Assembly (NCBI RefSeq): GCF_037042905.1
Contig: NC_087251.1
Span: forward strand, 6,822,001-6,886,000
Source of the DNA: Lytechinus pictus
Taxonomy: Eukaryota
Direction: 5' to 3'
Length of the DNA: 64,000 nt
Shown: positions 26,602 through 40,917 of the stretch, piece after piece
How the letters are laid out: each line of letters starts with the position of its first letter
Position numbering within the stretch: position 1 is the first letter of the stretch
Position numbers and translations under genes: made by a program
The notes under the pieces: model-generated
Told to the model about the DNA's origin: nothing
Database searches by the model: none
Seen by the model: the letters and a program-made list of their open reading frames with translations, nothing else

Positions 26602-28378
26602 TAAGTTTGGTTTTAGGGGGTGCATTTCAAGGAATGTCTTTTCATTCGTTTTCAATAAAAAGAAATTCTGTCAGCCAATTAGGTGCAAGGATTTCAGTAA
26701 CTTATGATAGTTTCCAATGTAAATCACAGACAAACTACTCTGTGAAAACACTTCCCAGATCTACTGTATACCCTTCCATGAGAGACAATCAGGCTGCTGC
26801 AGTGAAAATCAAGAATCTTAGCTGAAACCCAAGACTAACGTGAGAGCTAGGCAAGTCTTTTTCAAGTTCAACTATGTTATAAATCAGAGTTATGATGATG
26901 AGATTGAGATCACTGTGGGAGAAATCATGAATGGGTGGAACCCATCAGAGTTCAGCAGGCCAATCTCTTCCTGAAATTGGATCTTGGATGTCACCCCAAC
27001 TATCTTAGACTCTTGTCATGTTTATCATTTTTCTTCATTTACCAGCCGCAGAATATTCTTGCTTGGATGCTTGTAGGGGGCTTGGCAGATAATGAGGATA
27101 TTTTTCCTAATTGTGCATTTCAAATCGCATATTTGCGTTGAAGCAAAATGCAATTTCCAAGTGCTCGTTTACAACTGACAAGGTCTATTTTATCATTGGA
27201 AATTGCGCTTAGCCCCTGGATATTTTTTCCAGGGTAGGGGAATGATCTTTACGTGAAGATGTCAATTGTTCATCTTTTCTTTTTTTTCTGGGGGGGTATT
27301 GAAATAGTGAAGATGTGGAGGAGAAGACGTTTTCCCAAAAGAAAAACTACGTCCTCAAATTCCACAGTGCTGTCTTGGATGTGTGGAGGAAAAAGGTAAA
27401 AATCATCCAACAGCAAAGTAAAAGAGCAACATAAAACTGAACAATAACAGGAGCAGTAATTGTTTATTTTCTTGAACTTCTGCATCCCAACCCCTGGTTG
27501 GATAATTTGATTGTCAATTAATTTTGTCAGTTCACCTGTGTTCAGATTTTTTAGTTGGAACTGTTTATTTGAGCTGCCAGGTATTTCAAGGTTTATACTG
27601 TAATAGAAGAAGACTTCTTGAGAAAGTTGTTTATAATTAGGCCTGAATGATAAGAATTGAGGTAGAAAGATCTATCTCAATTCAAGGTTAAGGATTAGAA
27701 GAATTCTTGAACTCTCATTTCGATATACCTATCATTCCTATATGACTTCTGAGTAATCTGTTTTGCTGATGTTAGCTTGGATGCCAGTCTCCAAAAAGAA
27801 GATGTGGAATTATTTCCTGTAAGTTCTTTCTTACACTCATGTCTGAATTCCCCCTATTTCACTTTCCATTCAATTCACCATACCATCAGACCCCCCCCCC
27901 CATTAATTGCTTTTATCACTATTCATTCCCTTCCTGTTTTTTAACATATCAAAGTGGATCTCAACCCATTTTTTTTTTCTTATTTCTCTGTCAATTTTTT
28001 AATTTAACATTTATTACATGTTTTGCGAGAAGTCTGTCTCTCATGTTCTTGTTTATCACCTGTCATTCTAGTCATATGAAATATAATTTGAACTCAAGGT
28101 ATCAGTGATTGGACTGGCCAGTACATCAAAACACTCGGTGTGTGATGCTAGGTTATATTATAGGTGGCGCAGTTTGCCAATAATCGTCATGAATTCTGTT
28201 TCTTTCAAAGAAAACAGGTTTTGGGAAGATAGTCTTAACTTTTTTGTGCATGAGGGCATGAGTCTACAGAATGGCAGAATTTGATACGGATAAAGCGTAG
28301 GCTATTGTACTATTACAAACCTTATCATGAATATATTCAATGGGTTAAATACAGTTGTTGTTTTTTACAAAGTCTCTA

Positions 28379-28880
28379 ATATGCTTTTCACACTGTACTT
28401 TTTTCCTTAACCCTGGGAAATTGGTAGGGCTAAGGGGCCTTAGCCCTACCAATTTCCCGGGGTTAAGCTTAGCCCACTTCGTTTTCACACTACGTTTTAG
28501 CAAAGTGGGCTAGCACGGTAAATAGTACGGTACTATCTGGCCCTGCAAAAAAGCAGGGTTAGCCGGCTTATTGTGGTGCTAGCACCACAATTGCGGTGCT
28601 AAGAGATGCAGTGTGAAACGAAACTGGGCTAAGGAAAAGTGGGGCTAAGCAATAACCAATCACAGAAGTCGAAATTGCACGTTAATCACGCTCTGTATGG
28701 TAAAATCATCAATATTCATGAGCTGTGGGATAGTCCGGGGTTAAGGCGTTAACCCCGGCTAAGCAGATAGTATGGGGTTAAGAAAGACAGTGTGAATCCA
28801 AAAGAAGATAGTATGGGGTTAAGGATAGTCCGGGGTTAAGGATAGTATGGGGATCAGAAAATGCAATGTGAAAAGCATAT
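28379..28880. mobile_element. Harbinger-like MITE, family A, copy 2 (opposite orientation to 5212-5664)
   Basis: TIR ATATGCTTTTCACA / TGTGAAAAGCATAT and 3-bp TSD CTA (28376-28378 / 28881-28883). Confidence 0.9.
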
Positions 28881-31800
28881 CTATGTGTTAACATTGGCTT
28901 GTTTATTAGGGTTCTGGTATCATGCATTTAATTTTCTTGGTGGACCCTAATATATTATTACATTTTAATATTTAGCATGATATCAATGCATTCTGGGTTT
29001 CCTCTGATGCTAAAACCCTTAAAAATAATATTGAATAAAAAAAGGATATTGATCAGAAAGCCCTTCAAAGAACAATGAATATGCATATGATTTTTATTAA
29101 TTATTTTTTGGTGATTTAGTTTTCAAAGAGTTATTAAAAGGTCAGTGTAATAGTTGTTCTCTGCACTCTAATTTTGACAAATGTCTTCTCAGCCGGGTTC
29201 TGAAGGATACTGAACTCTGATCTCCTCCTTACACAGTTGATATGATTATCATATTTGTTCTATTCAACATCAGACAATGATAATAATTTTAAAAATGGAA
29301 ATTCATCAATCTTGTTTTGTTATTTCATGATTGATTTGAGATAATTCCCCTATAGGTGTTTCCCACCATTTACAAATGGTGTTCTTCATCCATTCAATGC
29401 CAGATTGGTTTCCCCCTTATTATAATCCCTTTCCTCTATTCTGCTTGGTGGAACTCACCAGTGTGTTTCATCTTACTCAGCTGACTGGACATGACGGGAC
29501 TAGACCGGTCTTCGTGACGCCATCCCCCATCATTAACAGAACCGCTTCGATGACGCACCTGAAAAGAACACAAATTACAACCCAGCGATATCTGTGTAAT
29601 TTCTTGATCAAATTCAATTTTTGCAATTGTTGAAGCATGGCCTGTTCCTTTCAGCAATGCTAACCACACAATTTATCATTGATAATGGCTTCCTTGCACT
29701 GCGGTGGTGGGGTTTGTTATTGATTTTTGTCTGTTTGGTGTTCATGAAATCAGCTGGAATGATTTGTAATCAAACAAATTGCTTGAAGAGCTGTCTTAGT
29801 TCCCAACAGAATTGTCAAGCATCATATCTTGCTCTTGTATAGCCATTATTACCATGCAGATGAAGTGTTTATTATCAATATAAATATAAAAAAACAGGCC
29901 TATCGCTTTGTGATATGCATTATCCTACCCCCTATCTACAGCTATCAATGATATTAATGTGAATTTTATGCATTGCCAAGATTAGATATAACTAGCAAAT
30001 AAACTTCTTGGGTGTGTTCTGACTCCTGAGTATAGTAATTATCAGTTTGATCAAACATGCAACAATCTATTGCAAGGTTAACATTTTCTTTGTTTTGAAA
30101 TTGTCACTTTCTTTTTAGCTCTGTTTTTTTCTTTATTTCGATCATAGTATTTCATTGTGTTCCCCCCACTTGCACTTTAATAATCCCTTATCATGTTGTA
30201 TTGATGCTGATTATTTTTTGTTCTGTCATACCATCTTTTCTTCCTTCTATGTCTTCCTTCTCCAAGTGAAATCCTTTTCTGCAGTGATATGAAGTATGGG
30301 TCCATAGACCATAGATAAAGTCGTCAATTGAATTATACCAAGGAGTTGTGTGACCTCATTCTGAAGTCATTCAACTCAAAACAATGAAACTCCTCATGAA
30401 ACTCACTCGCTATAACAGCTGTTGGTTCCCATGTTCCTTTTCAAAGTTTTTTTCAAAACTTTGTTTGTTGAATCAGTTGCTTGAACATGGGTTTCTTTCA
30501 AATCATCTGCAGTATTATGAATTTATGAACATTGAATTGTTTTCCTTAAAATTTTAGTATATTGAGACAGTCAGTAGACTCCACCCCTTCCCCATTCATA
30601 TTTTTTGGGGGGGATATCGGAATCCTCTGGGCTGGCATCAGGCTTTATTGTACACTTTGATTTCAGATGATTTTTATGATTGGAAAATCATAGTAGTGAT
30701 CTGTTGACTAATCAAAGTAATTTAGTATGCAGGATAAAACAATATCTTTTTCTTTTTACTTTCTCATGAAATTCACTAGATTCTTGTCTTTGAATTTTGA
30801 ATAGGCCCTAACATGACATAATAATGAGAAAATGGGATATTGCTTGTTCTTTATAGAATCACTTCAGTGAGTATATAGAAATGATATTCATATAGTGATG
30901 TCCATAAATTGTGAAAGATAACCTAATACCATGACTCATATCAGGATATGACATTGAGTTATAATGTCATATAACCTCGTCATTATCATGAAATAGTTGA
31001 CCATTTTTTATGGTTGATATGGTCAGAGTTGAATTTATTTGGTTCAAGCATTCCTCAACCGCATTTGTTAGATCTGTATATGATGCAAACATTTTAAGTT
31101 GGCCTTTCTTTTTCTGAATAGTGACTGGAATGAGAGCGAGACCAGTCAAACAATGTACAGAATGGCAAGGTTGAATAGAACAGATTCATGGAAGAACCTG
31201 GGCATCAAACATTAAATCAGCAATCAATGACAATTCTTACATTGGCCAATCAAAATCATTATTGCATGCAAAATTCATTCAAAAGACTGACGAGTAAGCA
31301 GAATTGATGTTTCTAGTTTGCAAATGATTTCAAAACTCTTTGCAAGCAGGACAAGATTGAGAGAGACATTGCAAATTCATTGAATATTTTTAACTGAAAT
31401 TAATGGTCTCTTTGATTTTCTGATTTCTCACATCAATGAAAAAAAGGAAATATAATTGTCCTCAAATTATGTGCCAAGAATAATAGTTGTGTATATGCAT
31501 GTGATTGATATTGATAGAGAATCATTATTTGGCATTGTTCGAGATTTGTATTTTGTCATAAACAGATAAAACTTACAAACACTATACCCAACAGATAATG
31601 TTTGGTAATTTCAGTACTTGTATCCCTGGGTTTTTTTTTGTCTGGTCATGAAAAACGTACTCTACATCTCTTTTTTTTTCTACTTACAATGTATCAATAT
31701 CTTTAAAAGTAACTTTTTCATGATTATTAGACAGTGGGGTTCATTGCCCCATGGACCTATTACCCTAACCATGTTATACAAACAGATCATTAACAAGAAA

Positions 31801-33282
31801 TGGGATATTCCTCTCCTGGATTTATAACCCAACTTTGTCTTCTTAATTTCTCTTCAATTACCATCTGTTGTTTGTTCAATATTAGCTAATTAGCCAATTA
31901 GGATCTCTAAGTAAGCAGCTCCTCTTCATTACAAGAATATCAGTATCGTGATATCCACAGTGGTACCAACATAAAGACTGTATTCATTATACATGACATT
32001 AACAACATGTAAAACAGCTATTATTTGTGTTCAGCATTTCATTTTTCATTCTTTTTTATGATTTCAATTTGATGATAATAAAGTGTGCATGGAATCCTTG
32101 CAAAGTGGAGGGTTGTTACTCTTTGGTTGCATCAGCTTATGTCAGCTAGCCCCCCCCCCCCCCTCTTCTCCATCCCTCTCTATCCCCCCACACATTCTCT
32201 ATTTCTTTCTCCCTCTTGTCTATTTCTGTTGTGAAATATTCATTTTAATCACATTAGCATCAATTGATATTATGATGTTGATCAATACTTACATAGGCTT
32301 ATTACTAACACATGTAGTCAGTGAGTGCATTTAGTTTCCAATATTTATGATCATTACGAAACTATTATAAGCCTACTTTGAAAATCATCAGTACAAAAAA
32401 ATAATAAAAGTGATGCCAATGATTAAGCACTGCACTTGGTAGTCTTTCGTAACTTTGTGATTAGTTTTATGAAACATTTTCCTGACTAGTAATCTCTATC
32501 CGGTTGAACGTTATTTATACCACTTTTTCCCAGAAAGAAAGTACTCCTACTTTTGATGAATCAATGGGATAATTCTACTGATCTGAGCAATAAAGCTCCC
32601 ACTTCTCTGATAAACAATGAAACTACCACTTTCCTGATAAAACGGTCTGCTGAGCACTAAAAAGTATTCAGTGAAATTCTCTCCTCTATTTTCTACGGTT
32701 TATATATTTGTTCACATAACATATGTTACAGTATAACCCTTTTCATTTTGTAACCAAGTATACAGCATAGTGAGCAGACCCCAATAGATATGCTACTTTC
32801 TATATCCCAATTTGCAAAATTAATTTGTGTATGCTGATTGGTTTAAAATTGTTGTATTTTTTCCTATGTTTTTATTGTTTTATCATTTTCTCATTCATGT
32901 TCACAGATTCCGCAAGTAAAGTAACCTGTATGAAAGTGAAGTTTAATGGCTCTATCAGTGAATGAGACAAAATAATCTTTTATCTCTATGGCAACCAACC
33001 AGAGAAGATGAAAGAACAGCTGGAAGGAATGTGAAAGTTTCCAACTTTGAGATGGGTTGAATATAGCCAAGTAGTGCTAAAATGAATACTAATACAAGGA
33101 TAAGTAGAAGTCCATAACACCAAAATAATATTTGTATCCATGTATATTATAGTGAAGGAAGATGATATTATATTCTTTGCGACATTTGACAATCTTTTAT
33201 ACATTTCACACCACAGATGTTTCCAGATTTTCAAAATGCAAGTATTTTTACAAATGGTAGATTTAAAAGTGCTTTGTAAGAT

Positions 33283-33308
33283 CATGGACCTAGAGTAGTA
33301 GGTCCATG
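33283..33308. mobile_element. 26-bp palindromic P-element-like footprint, second family
   Basis: CATGGACCTA-GAGTAG-TAGGTCCATG flanked by GTAAGAT / GTAATGT (5/7). Confidence 0.55.
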
Positions 33309-33791
33309 GTAATGTCTTTGAAAGGATCAGCACTATAGACCATGCGCATCGAGGGCCAAAGAGAATGAACGAATGCAACGACCAACTGGGTAGATCTTTG
33401 TGCTTGTCTTTCACTGAAGTGGTTCATCAAGAGTTCATCCATGCTCACAAACAATATCAAAATTGCTTTTCATCAAGAATTGATCAGAACGATTAAACCC
33501 AGTAAGTAACATCCATCAATATCTAATCATTTAGTGTGTACGTTATCACTCTCCTGATCATTTCAACTCTATTCTCTGTAAAGGTGAAGTGAATGTGTTC
33601 ATCTGAAAATTCATTGATTAATTTGATCAAGTTCAGATTAAAAATTCATTCAGGTTTTGTGTTCTTTCAAGGTGAGAGAGTAGAACCACCCCCTCCGTGC
33701 TGATAACGATCAGTAAACATCAAGATCAGTTATGGTGATAAAAGTTTGATAACTATTTACCATTGTTTCTCATATAATGAAATACTACGTA

Positions 33792-34013
33792 TAAATAAAA
33801 TGAAATATGGGGCAAACAGAAATGGTTTACAATTAATTTCTTTGCATTTCAAGTCTTTTGACATTGTCATTCATGGTTCAAGCTTCAAATTTAAAGAATT
33901 AAACAAATTAAACAAAATGAAATATAAGGCAAACAGAAATGGGTCACAATTAATTTCTTTACATTTCAAGTCTTTTGACATTGTCATTTATGGTTCAAGC
34001 TTCAAACTTAAAA
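33792..34013. repeat. Tandem duplication, 117-bp period, about 1.9 copies, slightly diverged
   Basis: AAAATGAAATAT..GGCAAACAGAAATGG..ACAATTAATTTCTTT.CATTTCAAGTCTTTTGACATTGTCATT.ATGGTTCAAGCTTCAAA occurs at 33797 and 33914. Confidence 0.9.
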
Positions 34014-35570
34014 ATGATATTATATATTTTTCTCTAAACTCAGTAACAGGGGTAATGCAGAGTTATAGTACCATGACCCAGGCCTTTCTTTTTCACTACT
34101 TGAAAAATCAATCACCCCTGCCCCCCCCCCCCCCCTGTTGCGCCATCCTTGCAGTAAATTGCTTAGCTCCAGCTAGAAGTCTAAATTATAAATGATAAAG
34201 TTTGTAATTTTCTCCTTTTCCATTCATATCATGTAATATATTTCTTTATGATATTATTGACATTTATGGGGATTTTTTTTATACTTCATCAGTTATTGCA
34301 ATTTATCAAAATTATGCATCTTGTTTCTAGTTCCTTGATATAACAAACTTGTATTTTATTATTGAACTTCATCTGTTCACTATTCTCAAGACTTCTTTTT
34401 TTTTTACTTTAGTTATTAAAAAGTTATTCAAGTATAGATGAAGGTATGTATACTGATTATTCTTAATTAATTAATTCATTGACCAAGAAGGAAAGAAAGT
34501 CCAATACAGTATTATTGTGCATATTTTTAGAGGAGATTGGTTAAGAGGGTGCGTAATTTCTGACTCTGCTGCCTTGAACTTGTCAACTCAACTATACCAT
34601 TAATATTGTTATTTATTTTTGTAGCTCTTAAAATCTGTTTTCTGTGTCAAATTGGCAGGTGATAAAACACTTCAATATCTCTTAACCGACAGGGAAATTA
34701 AAGACCTTGACTGCATTGATTGATAATCATAGTAGTAATATATTATTTTTGATCCAGAAAAGTAAATGTATCTATAGATGTATTTCAAAGTGTCAATGTT
34801 GAACTTTATAAAAAAATAGTCAGAGAAAAAAGATTTGATTCTAGCAATTAAATTATAGACCTAATGTCCTTTCAATTATATCATCATCATCAATATTTCA
34901 TACACGCTTCCTGTATGTTCTGCTTTAATAAAGATGTATTTGTAAAATGCTTAATTTTTGACACATATATTAATTACAATCATAAATATATATTTGTATC
35001 AAATTTTCTGGAGGAATCAGTGATTATTTGATGATATATGTCAATTGGGTAACTATTTGATTGCCCTTTAAACCATCTAATAAACTGTGGGTGTAGCCCT
35101 ATGCAATCAACCTTGATGGGAATACTTGATTGATCATCAGTAAACTGATCTTGATATGATATGTTCTGCATTCTTAAGAAGCTATACAAGTTAAAAGGAA
35201 TGTATGTATTATCAAAAATAAAAAAGCTTCATGTGCTTAATTAGATAGTTATCACATAAAATGATTGACACCAGTTATTGTCTTGTGCTATATTGTCAAT
35301 ATGGTGGAGAGGGAAAAACACTTTGTTTTTTATCATGAAGGTATATTTTTATTAATCATTTACACTTTGTAAGTGAAACACAGAAACCTTGAAAAGCATT
35401 AGGGAGATTTCATGTTTAATGTCGTGTTGGTGTTAAAAGCACCTTTTCATATTGACTACCCTACATATAGCCCAACTGATATGAGCTTACAAAAATGGTC
35501 CAAACTTTATTCTTGAAAGTTCAATTACATCATGTTTGGTTCATCTCATGCAGGACCAGTTTCATTTTAA

Positions 35571-36156
35571 AGGACAAGTCCACCCCAACAAGAAGTTGAT
35601 TTGAATGAAAAGAGAAAAATCCAACAAGCATAACACTGAAAATTTCATCAAAATTGGATGTAAAATAAGAAATTTATGACATTTTTAAAGTTTTGCTTAA
35701 TTTCACAAAATAGTTTGCACATCCTGGTGGGTATGCAAATGAGGAGACTGATGACATCATCCACTCACTATTTCTTTTGTATTTTATTATATGACATAGG
35801 GAATATTTTATTTTTCTCCTCATTGTTGAGTGAAACAACGATTAATTCCTCCCTGAACATGAGGAATGAGCATTGTTTAATACTATATGATTCAGTCAAG
35901 TTGGTCCTTATTGTCAAATCTAAAAAAAAGAGATATTGTATAATTCAAACAATATAAAACAAAAGAAAAAGTGAGTGAGGGACATCATTGACTGTCTCAT
36001 TTGAGTTGTGCATATCACTGTTTTGTGAAAAATAAGCAAAACTTAAAAATGTCATAACTTACATATTTTACATCCGATTTTGATGAAATTGTCAGTGTTT
36101 TGCTATTTTGATTTTTCTCTATTCAAATCAACATTTTTCTGGGGTGGACTTGACCT
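35571..36156. mobile_element. Kolobok-like non-autonomous DNA transposon
   Basis: TTAA on both sides (35567-35570 / 36157-36160). TIR AGGACAAGTCCACCCCA / TGGGGTGGACTTGACCT (16/17), with long imperfect subterminal inverted repeats. Confidence 0.85.
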
Positions 36157-36765
36157 TTAAGTTTTGTTCAATGCTGACGTACCACGTATGCCCAACACTA
36201 AAACTAAAACACAGAAGTAGCTTCTTGTGCCAGAGTCCCTGCATATTGTTTTAAGATCATGAAGATACAATATATGTAATGTTGGACAATATTACAGAGA
36301 TAAAAATTTCACATTTTTATGTATAGATTATGTGAAATCAGCCTGTAATAGCAGCTTCATTTTTCTAAGGTGTCTGGATATCCAACCCCAATCTTATAAC
36401 ATTAAATCACTTTATATACTAAAGCTTACTGAAACCTTATTGTGCTCAGGTCTTTCTATATGCTCAAAAGACCTTTTTAGTATTTGTCCTAAGTTCATAA
36501 GCTGGTTTTGAGAAGGAATACCCTGCATTCTGACATTGAATACATACTATGCATATATCATTAGATACAAGAATTTGTTCCATTTATTTATTTTTTATTA
36601 ATCACCAGCTGTTTTGTTTATTCCATTTGTATAAAATACTATGCAAGAGTTTGTCTTCATGCGTCAATATAGCACATCATATTGTTTCGGAACAATGTAG
36701 AAAAATTCCCACACATTGGAAGAGAACAGTTAAAGTAATTTAGCAGATGTAAAATGCAAAACATA

Positions 36766-36945
36766 CACTGTAAAGACGCTGTTTAAAATTTTAAGCACAT
36801 CACTATTACAACTATTTTTAAACTTTTTAAACCATTAGTTAAACTTTTTAAACCAGTTGTTTAAAAAAGTTGAAACAATTACAAAAAAGTTAAAACAACT
36901 TGTTGTTAGAGTGACGGGCTTGAACAACATGCTTTTTTTACTGTG
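36766..36945. mobile_element. Short MITE with CACTGTAAA termini and TA flanks
   Basis: TA|CACTGTAAA ... TTTACTGTG|TA, with internal TTTAAA(C) subrepeats. Confidence 0.55.
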
Positions 36946-39900
36946 TATAAAAGATCATCCTTTCAAAAAGTTAAAAAAAATCGTGAGTCAACATTAGAGC
37001 AGCAAAGATTATGGAAGAATTTGATGCAACAGAACTTCAATAAAAAGAGGTTTTTATTGGATGTAAGGATGGTTTAACTAGTAGGTCCATGGTTTAAGTA
37101 TGGTCCTATATAGATATGCTGACTATCCATGATATGAAGAGTTGGTTTCTATGAGATGTAAATTTGTTAATGCATGATTTACTGATGAGAGAGCACAAAA
37201 CTGAAGGGATCTAAAAAGGGGTTTAAAAAAAATCACCAGACAAAAGGGATGCCATGCAGAATTAAGTATTATATTCTGTACTAAAAGTGGATCCTCCACC
37301 TACTCTCTTACAGAAATCCTGATCATCATAATAGTTACCAGAAGCCATTTTCATGCTCCATTTGTGGTTTTATATTATTTGGAATCTTGTATAGGCATGA
37401 GGGCGTATGGAGACCCCTTCTTTTCACAATTTATTTCTTTTGATGAATTTGGGTAAATGTGGAAATACCTGTACCTTATTCAATGGGGTTTGTATGGTGT
37501 TTTGTTTGAGTCGTTGTTGATTTATTGATTTTGGTACCACCAATCCATTCATGTATGCCATTATTTTGAGAATTGAGTGTAACAGTCAATAATTATGATC
37601 CGATATTGATTGCTTTGTTGCATTGTTGCATTTACATTTTCTGTGGACTTGATAATACTTTCATTTATTGTGCAGGAAATCAGTCATAGCTAATGAGGCT
37701 CTGGGACTCTCAATACCTAGTAAAGGGTGAGATTGTTGTGCGATATTGAAAGAAAATTGATATTACTTCATGATTACCAATTAAAGGGAAGATGTACCAT
37801 CAAATTGAATGTTGTTTTCATTCAGTCTTGTCATCAGGCAATGATATTGGTGTCCTATAAAAGGGTTATGATGATGATGAAGGGTCTTCAAGTGTTTAAA
37901 CAGTGCCTTTTTATATTCCCCTCCTTTACAGAGTCATTCTGCCAAAGTTGAAAGATCTTCCAATTAGAATGTTCAGATCCTGGTTAATTCTAAAGAACTT
38001 TTTAAATTGGCAGAGGGACAATCCATGAACTTCATCAGTTATTGTATATCAGTAAAGGATTCAAGTCCACATATACAGTTACAGATCCTGGAGTCCTCAA
38101 GATGAATAGCGGTTGGGTCTGAATGAAAGATTGGAAAGGTTACCATTTTGAAATAATTATTTTGGTTGCCAGGGTAATGAACCAAAACATATATTTACAC
38201 TTCTTTCTGATAATGTCACTGTTATATGTTTTTAAAGTATTTTATGATTGTGTCTTACAATCTAAGTGACCGATGTTCAAGTATATTAGGACTATTTGTC
38301 TATTAAGACCACAAGATTGCTTTCCCATGAATATCATTTCCTATTGAAATATATATTACTGGTACCTGTTCATAAAGACCATCTGCATATAAAGACTATC
38401 ATGCATGTTTCACCACTTTAGCAATAAATGGTTCAACATTAGTAAAAGTTGAAATGATTCAACTGTCTTCTGTATTTTGTTGCATATAATATGGGTATGG
38501 GGTGTCCTTTTAAACAATTTTAACAATAATTAAAGAAATTGTAGACTCTATATGCTTCTGAAAATCAGTACATGTCTCTATCTCTAATGATGAACTATAT
38601 TCACAGTCCATCTGCATTAGGTTATTATATTTTTCTCTCCAAAATCTTATTGATATACTTTGATTGTATTTAACTTAATAGACCTGTTTCAATCCACTAT
38701 GGAGTCAATATTTTTTACCATTACATACATGAGAGAGCATGCTCCTGAAGCAAGATACTTTGGTTCAGTATTCCAAGATAAAGTATGCCATTGTCTATAG
38801 AATAGTGACATTCTGTGATGTTAACATTCAGTGTCATAGATTTTATTCAACATAGATGATAACCATTGACCCTAAAAAGTACTTTTCATCCTTGTAGTGA
38901 AGCCCTTGACTCTTTTCCATTGACCTGTTTTCTTGGAGTTTTCAAATTTTCATGCCTGACTTTTCTCTATCCCATATTGATTGCCTTCTGTTTCTCTTTG
39001 CTTTAAAAAAATCAATTGAGTATCTTTCCCTCAGGATCTACTTACCATCTCAGCAAAAATCCATTCTAAAATTCCTCTCTTCAAGAATAAATATACTTGC
39101 TTGCTGCTTGACTTATTTTATTATTGTTTCACAAATTACCCCCACTAGGCTAAACTTGGGAACATATATTGCATGGCTTCCTTCTATGTTTGAGGTTATT
39201 GTTCTTACATGCTGAATTGTAGATCTTCTGTAAAAGGGTTTATTTTGGATTATCTGTGAGAAAATTTGAAATTGACACCAATTTCCAAGTTTTAACTTCT
39301 ATTGTTATGAAGCTTAAAAATCTTTAATTCTCCTAGTATCCTAAGGCTAACAGCTAAGGAGGATTGTATTTGTATCTCAATTGTTTCCTGCTGGAAGTGA
39401 TCTGCACAGTTAAAGCTGCTTTTTAACTCGTTTGAAAAGTAGAACTATTATTTTGGTAGAATTGTTTTCTTTGTCCGAGAAAAATTGTTTGCTCAAGCTA
39501 GAGATGCTTGAGAAAAAATGAAGAGAGCTAAATTACCCATTTGAGTGTTTTTTCTTTCAGTATTCTTCCTGGGTAACCCCAAAACACTTCAGATGAAAAG
39601 TCAGTCAAATTAAATGGAAATGCATTTGAATTCCTAGCTCTTCTATTTTTTCTCTAAACTTAAATCTGTCCCATTCCTTCTCTTTATCTTGTTTCTATTG
39701 AATTCCCTTACAATTGGTTCTTTTTATATCTTTATTATGTTTCTACCTCCTTCTGTGCTTGATTGATTATTTCCTTTTGCACTCAGAGTTTTTCTTAATA
39801 TCTCCATACCCCCACCCCCTAGTTTCTCTTCCCCTCTCTTTTACAGTTTTTCTCCTTTCCTTTTCCCTGTCTCTTTTTTCCCCCATACCCTTTTACTTTT

Positions 39901-40315
39901 TCCTCAAATAAAGTGCATCATCTTTACTTTGCCTCACACTTGTTACCTTATCAGTGACAGGAATATGCCAAGTTTTTAATGTCCTGATTTATGCTTTTCT
40001 ATCATAAATATTTGCCCCTTTATGAGCTTCCTTCATAAAAAAAATCTACAGGTATTTATGACAGTCTTATCAAGGGGCCATGCCACCAACCATGTTCAAT
40101 CTAGGTCATGCTCTTCACATCTATCACATGCCCATAAGTTTTTTTATTTGTAGCACTAAGGTTTACATCAAAACCTTCCATCTTAGATTTGTTTGCCCTC
40201 AAATAAGTTGTGTAAGTCATGGCAATTCATGTATGCCAATATTAGCTTTGATGTATTTTACAGTGGTGTATGGGCTTTCAAAAATTGTCACAAATTTCAT
40301 TAAAATACAGGCCAG

Positions 40316-40473
40316 GGGCCCTGTTTCATAAAGGACTTGCAACCCTGGTAACTTTGCCATTATGGCAACTACCATGGTAACCTTGATTCTGATCGGCTGA
40401 CGAGCCCTGTTACAATGGTAGTTGCCATAATGGCAAAGTTTCAACAGTTGCAAGTTCTTTATGAAACGAGCCC
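40316..40473. mobile_element. Short Harbinger-like MITE with CAG TSD
   Basis: Imperfect TIR GGGCCCTGTTTCATAAAGGACTTGCAAC / GTTGCAAGTTCTTTATGAAACGAGCCC, with CAG at 40313-40315 and 40474-40476. Degenerate relatives appear to lie near 307-465 and 3545-3653. Confidence 0.75.
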
Positions 40474-40733
40474 CAGGATGTACATATAACTCTCCCTTTT
40501 CTCTACAATTTGCTACATATACATGACTGTAGTGAAGGGGGTTGGCAGAGCTAGTGACTGACATTGGCAATGCTCACATGTACCTGCCATCATAAATGTA
40601 ATAAATTTGACAACTAATCAACACCTCCACTACAACTATTGGCTAACACCACCACCATTTCCACCATCACTACTCTAACCATCATCATCCCAACCATCAC
40701 CAGCACCATCATTATTAAAATCACCATAATCAT

Positions 40734-40917
40734 CACTGCTGTACAGATGGGGGCTTAGGGGGCACGGGCACTTGTCCATGCCCCTATAATATAACATATG
40801 ACATAATGTTCTGGAAATATACCATACCATTTTTCTCTTTTTTCTTTTTTTGTATTTCATGGTCATGGAACCCCTTTTGGGGGGAGGGGACAAGCCTCCC
40901 CTGCCTGTATGCCAGTG
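40734..40917. mobile_element. Degenerate short MITE (CACTG...CAGTG termini)
   Basis: CACTGCTGTACAG / CTGTATGCCAGTG with subterminal G/C runs. No TSD found. Confidence 0.4.

Noticed and set aside
32909..32967. Strong plus-strand acceptor (also at 10250)
   Set aside because: No good matching donor or protein-like frame. Not supportable as an exon.
32986..33414. 142-aa minus-strand ORF
   Set aside because: No recognisable motif, non-ATG start, and it spans a transposon footprint.
33746..34195. 149-aa ORF with internal repeat
   Set aside because: Explained by a 117-bp tandem duplication. No recognisable domain or splice support.
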